Positions 10,227-18,106 of a DNA stretch of 32,000 nt are shown piece after piece. Position 1 is the stretch's first letter, and each line of letters begins with the position of its first letter. The stretch is from Breznakia sp. PF5-3 (GTDB lineage Bacteria > Bacillota_I > Bacilli_A > Erysipelotrichales > Erysipelotrichaceae), in the NCBI RefSeq assembly GCF_029504745.1, contig NZ_JAQFIQ010000014.1:1-32000 (forward strand), read 5' to 3'. The notes beneath the pieces were generated by a model. It saw only the letters and a list, made by a program, of their open reading frames with translations. It did no database searches and was not told where the DNA came from. The position numbers were made by a program, and so were the translations under genes.

Positions 10227-11242
10227 TGAAAACATATAATGTTGCTATTTTAGGTGCTACTGGTGCTGTTGGACAAGAAATGATGAATATCTTAGTTGAG
10301 CGAAAGTTCCCTATCAACACCTTAAAATTATTAGCTTCTAAGCGTAGTGTTGGCAAAAAAATGTCTTTTGATGGAAAAGAAATTACAGTCGAAGAAGCTC
10401 TGCCAACTTCTTTTGAAAATGTAGATATTGTTTTAGGAGCTGTAGAAAACGATATCGCTGAAAAACTATTGCCTTATGCAGTAAAGGCTGGTGCTGTTGT
10501 TATCGATAATTCTAGTGCTTATCGTTTGGATGATAATGTACCTTTAGTTGTTCCTGAAGTAAACCCTCAGGATATAAAAAAACATAGTGGAATTATTGCC
10601 AATCCAAATTGTTCTACAATCATTGCTCTTGTAGCAATCTATAAACTACATGAATATGCAAAACTAAAATCTATTATCGCCTCTACTTATCAAGCTGTTT
10701 CAGGTGCTGGTGTTCCAGGGTTAGAGGAATTAACCCAACAAACACAACAAGTACTAAATGATGAGGAAATTTCTCCAAAGGTATTTCCTTACCAAATAGC
10801 CTTTAACTTAATTCCTCAAATTGGTGGATTTGATGAAAATGGGTATTCTAGTGAGGAAATGAAAATGCAAAATGAGGGAAGAAAAATTCTTCATCATCCA
10901 GATTTGAATGTTACTTGTACTTGTGTAAGAGTTCCTGTACTTCGTTCCCATTCAGAATCACTAACATTATTTTTTGAAGATGAAATAAGCGTAGAGAAGG
11001 CAAAAGAAATCTTAAGCGATACAGAAGGTGTAAAACTTATGGATAATCCCCAAAATCAAAAATATCCAATGCCTTTGGATACTAGTGATCAAGATTTGGT
11101 GTTTGTTGGAAGAGTTCGTAAAGATTTAACCCAAAAGGATAACAAATCATTATCGCTTTGGTGTTGTGGTGATCAAGTACGCAAAGGTGCTGCAACCAAC
11201 GCCGTACAAATTGCCATAGAATATATAAAACAAAACGCATGA
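10226..11242 (+). CDS. asd: aspartate-semialdehyde dehydrogenase
   Basis: 338 aa. ILGATGAVGQ NAD(P) motif and active-site region NPNCSTI. RBS GAAGGAG is present. Confidence 0.95.
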   Translation: MKTYNVAILGATGAVGQEMMNILVERKFPINTLKLLASKRSVGKKMSFDGKEITVEEALPTSFENVDIVLGAVENDIAEKLLPYAVKAGAVVIDNSSAYRLDDNVPLVVPEVNPQDIKKHSGIIANPNCSTIIALVAIYKLHEYAKLKSIIASTYQAVSGAGVPGLEELTQQTQQVLNDEEISPKVFPYQIAFNLIPQIGGFDENGYSSEEMKMQNEGRKILHHPDLNVTCTCVRVPVLRSHSESLTLFFEDEISVEKAKEILSDTEGVKLMDNPQNQKYPMPLDTSDQDLVFVGRVRKDLTQKDNKSLSLWCCGDQVRKGAATNAVQIAIEYIKQNA

Positions 11243-11802
11243 TAATCATGCGTTTTTTCATGCGATCCTTTTGGTATGCGCATATTAACAATTGATGCAA
11301 TAATTCCACCACTGATTGCAGTAATAAGTTGAGGCCATGAGAACATTGTCCCCAGTGCCAAAGCCTGCACTTCATTAATATCTGGAATATAATATAAAAC
11401 AATTGGAATCATAATCCATAAGAACCCAGCTTTTATAAAAGCTGCTGGTAAAGATGAAATCATAACATTGTACTTCCGTTTGAAAATATATTGAAACACT
11501 CCTACATAAAGTACATTACCAATTGCGATAAATGGTGTAATAATTGGAAAAACTGGACCAATTCCTAAGATTGTTGCTAGAACTGCGGATAAAATTGCAA
11601 CTGCAACGCCACTACGATATCCTGCATCGATACTTACTAACAACAATAATGTATTCACTAAAGTTCCTGTTATCAATTGTGAAACTTGTACACCTGCGAA
11701 AATAGGAATTGCAGGTATTAGTTTATTTAAAGACTGTGCCAATAAAATAAGTGCTAATCCTAATCCTGCATGTGTTATATTGTGTATTTGTCGAGAATTC
11801 AT
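11173..11802 (-). CDS. small polytopic membrane protein (ECF S-component/TrpP-like topology; family not verified)
   Basis: 209 aa with about 5-6 hydrophobic segments. The start overlaps the stop of the upstream mini-rubredoxin ORF (TAATG). The 3' end runs through the asd terminator and overlaps asd by 70 nt. Confidence 0.6.
   Translation of the reverse strand: MNSRQIHNITHAGLGLALILLAQSLNKLIPAIPIFAGVQVSQLITGTLVNTLLLLVSIDAGYRSGVAVAILSAVLATILGIGPVFPIITPFIAIGNVLYVGVFQYIFKRKYNVMISSLPAAFIKAGFLWIMIPIVLYYIPDINEVQALALGTMFSWPQLITAISGGIIASIVNMRIPKGSHEKTHDYHAFCFIYSMAICTALVAAPLRT
11227..11258. terminator. bidirectional intrinsic terminator at the asd 3' end
   Basis: ACGCATGA-taa-TCATGCGT hairpin (11235-11253), flanked by an A-rich run upstream and TTTTT downstream. 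The asd TGA stop sits inside the left arm. Confidence 0.8.
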
Positions 11803-11936
11803 TATTCCTCAACTTCAAACATGTCTTTTCCTACACCACATACTGGACATACATAATCATCTGGTTCTGCGTTGAAGTCAGGCCCATCATATACATATCC
11901 ACATACTGTACAAACATACTTTTTACCATCTGCCAT
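11802..11936 (-). CDS. rubredoxin-like 44-aa protein (shortened rubredoxin)
   Basis: This ORF is absent from the track because it is under 60 aa. I translated it by hand as [44 protein letters not shown]. It carries both rubredoxin knuckles, CTVCGY and [18 protein letters not shown] lies 8 nt upstream of the ATG. Confidence 0.8.
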   Translation of the reverse strand: MADGKKYVCTVCGYVYDGPDFNAEPDDYVCPVCGVGKDMFEVEE

Positions 11937-12088
11937 CACTATATCCTCCTTTACCTTGATAACCCCATTTCATAAGATTACCTCTATTCATATTCTACAT
12001 TTTCTATTTTCAAATTGCTACTCATATACTCAATAATTATAAGTATTTATTTAGTTTCATAGAACTTTTTTAATATTTCTAAAATATC

Positions 12089-12126
12089 AAAATAAAAACT
12101 CATTATTTCTCTTTCGAATAACGAGT
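12089..12126 (-). terminator. intrinsic terminator after yloV
   Basis: Minus strand: ACTCGTTATT-cgaaagaga-AATAATGAGT (10-bp stem with one G-U pair) followed by TTTTTATTTT. It begins about 14 nt after the stop codon. Confidence 0.75.
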
Positions 12127-12139
12127 TTTTGTTATGTTC

Positions 12140-13762
12140 TTATTCTACACCGATAACAAATGAATATACAGGTTGATTTCCCATCGTTGCTTCTACTTCA
12201 ACACCTTTTGCTTCTGTATATTTTGTGATTTTTTCTAATTCTTCTTTGCTTGTATCTTCTCCAGCAATTAAGGTTACAATTTCACTATCATCATCGACCA
12301 TTGAATCAATTAATTTTTTTGTAGCATCCATTTTATCTTTTACACTACAAACAATTTCTTTTTCTTTAATTCCCATGTAATCTTGTGCTTTAATTTTCAT
12401 ACCATCAAATGTCGTATCTTTAATCGCATAAGTAACTTGTCCTGTTACAACATGAGTGATTGCTTCACTCATTTCCATAACATTCGTATCTACATCAACT
12501 TCTGGATTAAACATCATACATGCACAAAGTCCTTGAGGAATACTCTTAGAAGGTATTACATGAATATCTAAATCATCTAACACCTGAGCAGCTTGTTGCG
12601 CCGCTAGAATGATATTAGAGTTATTTGGCATGATAAATATATGTTCAGCATTAATCTTCTTAATAGCCTCTACAAAATCCTCTGTAGAAGGATTCATTGT
12701 TTGGCCACCAGAAATAATTGTATTTACACGCAATTCGCTAAACATTTCCATTAAACCTTCACCGGCAGCTACTGCAATAAGTGCATATTTTTCTTTTGGT
12801 TTTGCACTATTTCCATCATCCTTAGAATCCAAAACTAAATGATCATGCTGTTCTTGCATGTTTTCAATTTTTAATTTTACAAACTCTCCATACCGTTGCC
12901 CCATATTCAAGACATCTCCAGGCTTTAATGTATGAACATGAACCTTTACAATGTCATCATCTTGAACAACTACCAAAGAATCTCCAAGTTTACCCAATGA
13001 TTTACGAAGTTTATCCTCTTTAAATGTAGTAAGATTATTTTCATCTAAACGAATAATAAATTCTGTACAGTATCCAAACTCATCACTTTCTACTTGAGCA
13101 GCATTTGAATTTGTTGTTGCCGCACTTTCACTTTTTTCAATTTTTTCACCACGTAAAGAAGCTAAAAAACCTTCAAGAATATATACTAGACCTGCACCAC
13201 CACTGTCAACAACACCAACTTCTTTTAATACTGGCAACAATTCTGGTGTCCGCTCCAATGACTTCTTTGCTTCTTCAACTAATTTTTCCATTACTTCTAC
13301 ACAAGTAATATTAATATTTTCACTTGCATACACAAGTGTATAATCACTAGCTTCACGAATAACTGTAAGGATAGTCCCTTCAACAGGACGCATAACCGCC
13401 TTGTAAGCAACTCTTGAGCCATTGACAAAAGCATTTGCTAATTTTAAACCATTTACTTCTGTTTCGTTTTCCACTGCTTGATAAAGACCACGAAAGATTT
13501 GTGAAGTGATAACACCCGAGTTTCCTCTTGCGCCCATCAACAACCCTTTTGAAAGAGCTTTTGCAACATCATTAATGTTTTCACTATCTACTTTCAATGC
13601 ATCATTTACTCCTGAACTAAATGTCAATGACATGTTTGTACCAGTATCCCCATCAGGAACTGGAAAAACATTCAAAGTATCAACTTCTTGATAATGATTG
13701 GCTAGATTGTTAGATCCACTCTCAATCATTTCTTTAAATATTAAACCATTTAAATTTTCCAT
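12140..13762 (-). CDS. yloV: DAK2 domain fusion protein (YloV family)
   Basis: DAK2 motif PVPDGDTGTNM plus a C-terminal DegV-like/YloV region. Possible starts lie at 13762, 13768 and 13771; I chose 13762 for its spacing from GGGTGA. Confidence 0.9.
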   Translation of the reverse strand: MENLNGLIFKEMIESGSNNLANHYQEVDTLNVFPVPDGDTGTNMSLTFSSGVNDALKVDSENINDVAKALSKGLLMGARGNSGVITSQIFRGLYQAVENETEVNGLKLANAFVNGSRVAYKAVMRPVEGTILTVIREASDYTLVYASENINITCVEVMEKLVEEAKKSLERTPELLPVLKEVGVVDSGGAGLVYILEGFLASLRGEKIEKSESAATTNSNAAQVESDEFGYCTEFIIRLDENNLTTFKEDKLRKSLGKLGDSLVVVQDDDIVKVHVHTLKPGDVLNMGQRYGEFVKLKIENMQEQHDHLVLDSKDDGNSAKPKEKYALIAVAAGEGLMEMFSELRVNTIISGGQTMNPSTEDFVEAIKKINAEHIFIMPNNSNIILAAQQAAQVLDDLDIHVIPSKSIPQGLCACMMFNPEVDVDTNVMEMSEAITHVVTGQVTYAIKDTTFDGMKIKAQDYMGIKEKEIVCSVKDKMDATKKLIDSMVDDDSEIVTLIAGEDTSKEELEKITKYTEAKGVEVEATMGNQPVYSFVIGVE

Positions 13763-13772
13763 CACCATCACC

Positions 13773-14132
13773 CTATTTAATTACCTTTATGCCTTGAACA
13801 AAAACATTAACTGTTTCAAAATCAACATCTAATGTTTTTTCCATCATATACTTTACTTTTTTCTGAACTTCAAGAACAACCTCAGAAATCTTTACTCCAT
13901 GTGATACAATGATGTATAAATCTAATTCCAAAGCACCATCTTTTTCTTTAACAACAACACCTTTTGAAAAATTTTCCTTGCGCAACAATTCTGCCCAACC
14001 ATCTTTCAAAAACTTTTGTGAAGCCATTCCAACAACTCCATAGCTTTCGCTAACAATTCCACCAGCTAATGTTGTTATTGCTTCCTTAGAGATATTAATA
14101 TCACCATACTTCGTATTTTTTGTAATTGACAT
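13773..14132 (-). CDS. Asp23/Gls24 family envelope stress protein (YloU-like)
   Basis: 119 aa. The N-terminus (I..EAI..LAG....ESYGVVGM) is typical of the Asp23 family, and the yloU-yloV pairing is conserved. Confidence 0.88.
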   Translation of the reverse strand: MSITKNTKYGDINISKEAITTLAGGIVSESYGVVGMASQKFLKDGWAELLRKENFSKGVVVKEKDGALELDLYIIVSHGVKISEVVLEVQKKVKYMMEKTLDVDFETVNVFVQGIKVIK

Positions 14133-14155
14133 TCAAAATCACTCCTTATCAAAAG

Positions 14156-14164
14156 ATTATACCA
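14156..14164 (-). promoter_or_regulatory. candidate extended -10 promoter (TGgTATAAT) for yloU-yloV
   Basis: Minus strand TGGTATAAT lies 24 nt upstream of the yloU ATG, with AAGGAG RBS downstream. The -35 element is weak. Confidence 0.4.
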
Positions 14165-14184
14165 TAATCTATATATTTGCTCTA

Positions 14185-15018
14185 CTATTCTTCACATTTT
14201 TCCGTATAACTTGAATTTGTTGTCTCATCAAAAACAATACAACGCAAATCACTATTTTTTGCTTTCAAAAACTCTCGATAACTCTCTAACAAATGTAAAC
14301 TATCATAATTGGTACGTACAATATGTCCATCCTGCATCAATAATTCTAACATATTATCATCATAACTCGTTTTATAATGACGAATTTCAGAAATCAAAGC
14401 AATAAATTCATTATCTATTTTACTTAACTCTTCCCCTAACAACTTCCTTTGATCCTTATTCAAATCACGAAGATACGGACTGCTAATAAGAGCAAGTTGA
14501 TCTTTTTTCATTTCTACACTTTTTCCATTTCCTAACAAAACATATTGTTTTCCATCACTATTGTAATAACCAATTACCTTTTCTTCTGTTATATCAATAT
14601 AGATAGCCCCACTAAAATAGTCTTTACTCACTGAAACATCTTTGATTAATTCATCTTTTTCAAGTGCACGTTCGATAAAGAATACAGGGTGAAAAACCAT
14701 CTTCCCGCTATAATTTAATCCTGCTTTATTTAAAATCTGTTGTTGTGAATAAATAACATTATTTTTTACTTTTAATATCTTTATATTTGACATTGAAGTA
14801 AGCATATATCCACCAATTAAAAGAATCACAGTTAAAACAACTAGCACTTTCACTCTTTTTTTACGTAGCTTTAATTTCTTTCTATGCTTAATTACTCGAT
14901 CATACCTTGTTTCTTGTTCATCTTTTTCTAAAACCTTTTCAAAATCAAATGTATCCTCATCAAATTGTTGCAAATCTTCTTGATCTAATTTGCGATTTTG
15001 GTTTTTGAGTCTTCCCAA
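14185..15018 (-). CDS. divIB: cell division protein DivIB/FtsQ
   Basis: 277 aa. Basic cytoplasmic N-terminus, a single TM helix (VLVVLTVILLIGGYML) and a POTRA-like segment (IKILKVKNNVIYSQQQILNKAGL). The TTG start is preceded by GTGGAGA and overlaps murB by 34 nt. Confidence 0.82.
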   Translation of the reverse strand: MGRLKNQNRKLDQEDLQQFDEDTFDFEKVLEKDEQETRYDRVIKHRKKLKLRKKRVKVLVVLTVILLIGGYMLTSMSNIKILKVKNNVIYSQQQILNKAGLNYSGKMVFHPVFFIERALEKDELIKDVSVSKDYFSGAIYIDITEEKVIGYYNSDGKQYVLLGNGKSVEMKKDQLALISSPYLRDLNKDQRKLLGEELSKIDNEFIALISEIRHYKTSYDDNMLELLMQDGHIVRTNYDSLHLLESYREFLKAKNSDLRCIVFDETTNSSYTEKCEE

Positions 15019-15908
15019 TTAAATTTCTCCACTTCCATTTTTAGATGAACACCATACTTTTCAAACACTGTGTTTTGAACTAGTAAAACAAGTTGATCAA
15101 TATCTTCAGCAGTAGCATTTCCTTCATTTACAATAAAATTAGCATGTTTTTCACTAATCTTAGCTCCTCCAATTTGTTTCCCTCGCAATCCACAGCCTTC
15201 TATCAATTGCCATGCTTGTACATCTTTAGGATTTCTAAAAACACTCCCTGCATTTGGCTTTTCTAGTGGTTGTGAATCTTGTCTTCTTTGTCTTCTCGCA
15301 TCAATCAAATCACGTATTTCTTTTTGATCCCCTTGTACCAATTTCAACTCTATTCCTAAAATAATCCAATCTGGATGATTGTGAAAAATAGAATGACGAT
15401 AAGAAAAATCCAATTGCTCCTTACTAAGCCAAACACATTCACTGTCTTTCAAAACATACACCCTGTTAATAATACTAGACATATCACTTTTATAGGCACC
15501 TGCATTCATTGCTACGGCTCCACCTATCGTCGCTGGAATTCCACTCGCAAATTCTAAACCACTAAAGGATTCTTTCATTGCATTATTTGCCAACAAAATA
15601 AGGGATACACCTGCTTGTGCAACACATGTACCGTCTTCTTCAAAGTTAAACTCATTAAAATAACGATCCAAACATATGACTACACCATGAAAATAAGCAT
15701 CTGAACAAAGAATATTGCTACCTTTCCCAAAAACTTTAAATGGAAGTCCTTCATCCTTACAAGTTTCAATGATACGAATCAATGATAACTCGTTTTTTGG
15801 ATAAACAAGATACTTTGCACGACCTCCAATACGATATGTAGTATGTTTACTTAATGGTGCATCTAATTCTAAATCACCATGCTTCTCTAAAATTTCAACT
15901 ATCTTCAT
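14985..15908 (-). CDS. murB: UDP-N-acetylenolpyruvoylglucosamine reductase
   Basis: 307 aa. FAD-binding N-terminal region (TTYRIGGRAKY, GKGSNIL) and C-terminal motif AGSVFRNP. Confidence 0.94.
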   Translation of the reverse strand: MKIVEILEKHGDLELDAPLSKHTTYRIGGRAKYLVYPKNELSLIRIIETCKDEGLPFKVFGKGSNILCSDAYFHGVVICLDRYFNEFNFEEDGTCVAQAGVSLILLANNAMKESFSGLEFASGIPATIGGAVAMNAGAYKSDMSSIINRVYVLKDSECVWLSKEQLDFSYRHSIFHNHPDWIILGIELKLVQGDQKEIRDLIDARRQRRQDSQPLEKPNAGSVFRNPKDVQAWQLIEGCGLRGKQIGGAKISEKHANFIVNEGNATAEDIDQLVLLVQNTVFEKYGVHLKMEVEKFNWEDSKTKIAN

Positions 15909-15915
15909 AATACCC

Positions 15916-16980
15916 CTATACTCTTTCTATAATATTTGTAATATCATAACATGCATTAGGAAAACTATTTTCTTTTGCATGTTTTTTAATCTCTTCTTTT
16001 ATACTTGGATTATTTAAAACCATATTTATTTTATCACAAAGCGTTTGCGTATTTAAATCTTTTTCTTCAATCATCAATGCACTTTTTTTATCTACCAATG
16101 CTTTTGCATTAAAATATTGATGATTATGTGCCACATAAGGGCTTGGAATCAAAATACTACATACTCCACTTGCAGTAATCTCTGCCGCTGTAGTGGCCCC
16201 TGCACGACAAATGACAAGGTCAAATTTATCTACAATAGCCAACTGATCGATATAATCTACAACCTTTACATTTTTGTATGCAAGTTCTTCTTTGGCCAGT
16301 GTATAGTTTTGTTTTCCACTTACATACAAAAAATTCACTTCAGGAATGTTTTGTAAAACATCTTTCATAATATCCGTAATACTACTACTACCTAAAGAAC
16401 CCATCACAATCAATACCAAAGGCTTATCTTTAGGTAAATCCAATGATGAAAAATATGCTTCATCACTTTTTCTTTTTGCTGCAATACTTGCTCTAGGGTT
16501 TCCTAACAAGTATACATGTTGATATTCTTTTAGTTCACTCATACAACGCTCATAGCACACTACAATAGCATTTGCATGCTTCGCCAACATTTTATTAGCT
16601 GCACCCACTACAGAATTCTGTTCATGCAAAACAATTTTTTTACCCAACCGTTGTGCCGCAAGAATTACAGGTACACTTACATAACCACCAAAGCCAATAA
16701 CTACATCTGGATTAAAATCTTTAATGATTTTTTTCGCTTTTCGTAGCGCAATGAGTGATTGACAGCCTGCTTTTATTTTCTTAAAAACATTGCCACTAAA
16801 ACCACTTGTATGTAATGCATAAAAAGGATAACCATGTTCTGGAATAATATCCTTTTCCATTCGATCATCATTACCTACAAATGCAATCTCAGCTTGTTTC
16901 TCTTCTTTTATATAGTCGGCTAGTGCTAAAGCTGGATAAATATGTCCACCTGTACCGCCCGTTACAAATAATAATTTCAA
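15916..16980 (-). CDS. murG: undecaprenyldiphospho-muramoylpentapeptide beta-N-acetylglucosaminyltransferase
   Basis: GGTGGHIYPALA motif close to the N-terminus. The likely start is TTG at 16980, preceded by AGGAG. The 31-codon extension in the ORF track (up to 17073) has no homology signal. Confidence 0.92.
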   Translation of the reverse strand: MKLLFVTGGTGGHIYPALALADYIKEEKQAEIAFVGNDDRMEKDIIPEHGYPFYALHTSGFSGNVFKKIKAGCQSLIALRKAKKIIKDFNPDVVIGFGGYVSVPVILAAQRLGKKIVLHEQNSVVGAANKMLAKHANAIVVCYERCMSELKEYQHVYLLGNPRASIAAKRKSDEAYFSSLDLPKDKPLVLIVMGSLGSSSITDIMKDVLQNIPEVNFLYVSGKQNYTLAKEELAYKNVKVVDYIDQLAIVDKFDLVICRAGATTAAEITASGVCSILIPSPYVAHNHQYFNAKALVDKKSALMIEEKDLNTQTLCDKINMVLNNPSIKEEIKKHAKENSFPNACYDITNIIERV

Positions 16981-16999
16981 AACATCACTCCTGCAAAAT

Positions 17000-17008
17000 A
17001 TTATACCA
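17000..17008 (-). promoter_or_regulatory. candidate extended -10 promoter (TGgTATAAT) for murG-murB-divIB
   Basis: Minus strand TGGTATAAT lies about 20 nt upstream of the murG TTG start and downstream of the srtB terminator. Confidence 0.4.
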
Positions 17009-17110
17009 TTATTTACTATAAAAAATAAGTAGCAATCACACTTATTTATCATGCACAACAATTTAAGTTCCATTACATCTTCCTCATGTAATTATATATT
17101 TATTTTGCAT

Positions 17111-17137
17111 AAAAAAAGATCAAACAAATTGATCTTT
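17111..17137 (-). terminator. intrinsic terminator after srtB
   Basis: AAAGATCAA-loop-TTGATCTTT 9-bp stem (17115-17137), followed on the minus strand by a T-run. Confidence 0.8.
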
Positions 17138-17176
17138 AAAAGCTTTCATGTTCAAAAACCGATATTCTAAAACAAA

Positions 17177-18013
17177 CTAATTTGATTTTTCATATGGCAT
17201 TTCACCATTCAATGCTTTGACGATTTTACAATGGACAAAATATCGATCATCAATATATTCTGCTTCTGTATTCCCTGGGTTTCTACCATCCTCATAACTA
17301 CAAGTATACAAGGTGATTATATGTTCCTTGGCAGTTACTGTCACATCATTCGTATGTCTACTCAACCCTTTTACATAGTCAAGATATGCTTGATACGATG
17401 CGTCATCACCAAAGGAAATATTATAAGACTGAGAATCTCCTTTATCCACATAGGCGCTAAACACTTGTAATTTGTAACTTGCGTCTGGCGTATAATAATA
17501 CACATATGGATGCTTTTCGAAGAAATCTTTTTTCACATAATTTTCCAATTCCGCAAACATCGTTCCATGGTGTACATTATGTCCATAAATAAATGTATTC
17601 GGATCACTTAAATCTTCATTGTTTCGATAATCCATAAAAATAGAACCTGCATAATTTTCTGTTTTATCATAGAGATGATTCAAATAATATTCATTATCAC
17701 TCCCCTTTACAACCGGATATGAGATTTCGGTATCCAAAACAACAATCCACCCAACAATATCTGGATTCACTTTTTTTAATGCATCAAAATCTACCTTGAA
17801 CTTATCCAAATCTTCTTCTTTTGTAGGAATCTTAGCTGTATCACGTAAGCGTTCTGTATCTTTTGCTTCATCATCATTTGCTTTGAAAATCGTATATAAA
17901 TTCCATCCTGCATAAATAAAGACACACACTGCAATCAGCAAAATAAGTCTTTCAATCCATTTACGAACAGGACTAACTTTTCTTCTTTCTTTTTTTCGTT
18001 TTTCCATAAACAT
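17177..18013 (-). CDS. srtB: class B sortase
   Basis: N-terminal TM anchor, catalytic His (FIYGHNVHHG), TLYTCSY cysteine motif and C-terminal Arg (DDRYFVHCK). The start is ambiguous (TTG at 18019, ATG at 18013 or 18007). Confidence 0.88.
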   Translation of the reverse strand: MFMEKRKKERRKVSPVRKWIERLILLIAVCVFIYAGWNLYTIFKANDDEAKDTERLRDTAKIPTKEEDLDKFKVDFDALKKVNPDIVGWIVVLDTEISYPVVKGSDNEYYLNHLYDKTENYAGSIFMDYRNNEDLSDPNTFIYGHNVHHGTMFAELENYVKKDFFEKHPYVYYYTPDASYKLQVFSAYVDKGDSQSYNISFGDDASYQAYLDYVKGLSRHTNDVTVTAKEHIITLYTCSYEDGRNPGNTEAEYIDDRYFVHCKIVKALNGEMPYEKSN

Positions 18014-18060
18014 ATTCAACTCACTTTCTACTAAAGTTTGTACCCTAAACTATCATTTCT

Positions 18061-18089
18061 ATTATACCTAAAAAGCCTTTTTTAGTAAA
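18061..18089 (-). promoter_or_regulatory. candidate promoter for srtB (TTTACT-17-TATAAT)
   Basis: Minus strand: -35 TTTACT (18084-18089), a 17-nt spacer and -10 TATAAT (18061-18066). Confidence 0.45.
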
Positions 18090-18106
18090 CCAATTCCCCC
18101 TTGCCC

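Noticed and set aside
11082-11402. 106-aa minus-strand ORF spanning the asd 3' end and the terminator
   Set aside because: It is in a different frame from the membrane-protein ORF, crosses the terminator, and has no RBS and an odd composition. It is most likely spurious.
11941-12040. Possible riboswitch or TRAP-like (G/U)AG triplet series in the roughly 100-nt leader of the rubredoxin/membrane operon
   Set aside because: Several GAG/TAG triplets occur (GAGtatatGAGTAG...TAG...TAG...TAGAG), but their spacing is irregular rather than the 2-3 nt TRAP requires. I could not match any known riboswitch core (preQ1, THI, SAM). No claim is made without a covariance-model scan.
18020-18106. AAAAAGCCTTTTTT between the ATP-grasp gene and srtB, considered as a possible terminator
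   Set aside because: The A and T runs flank only GCC, so no stem with a viable loop can form. A promoter-like TTTACT-17-TATAAT explains the region better.
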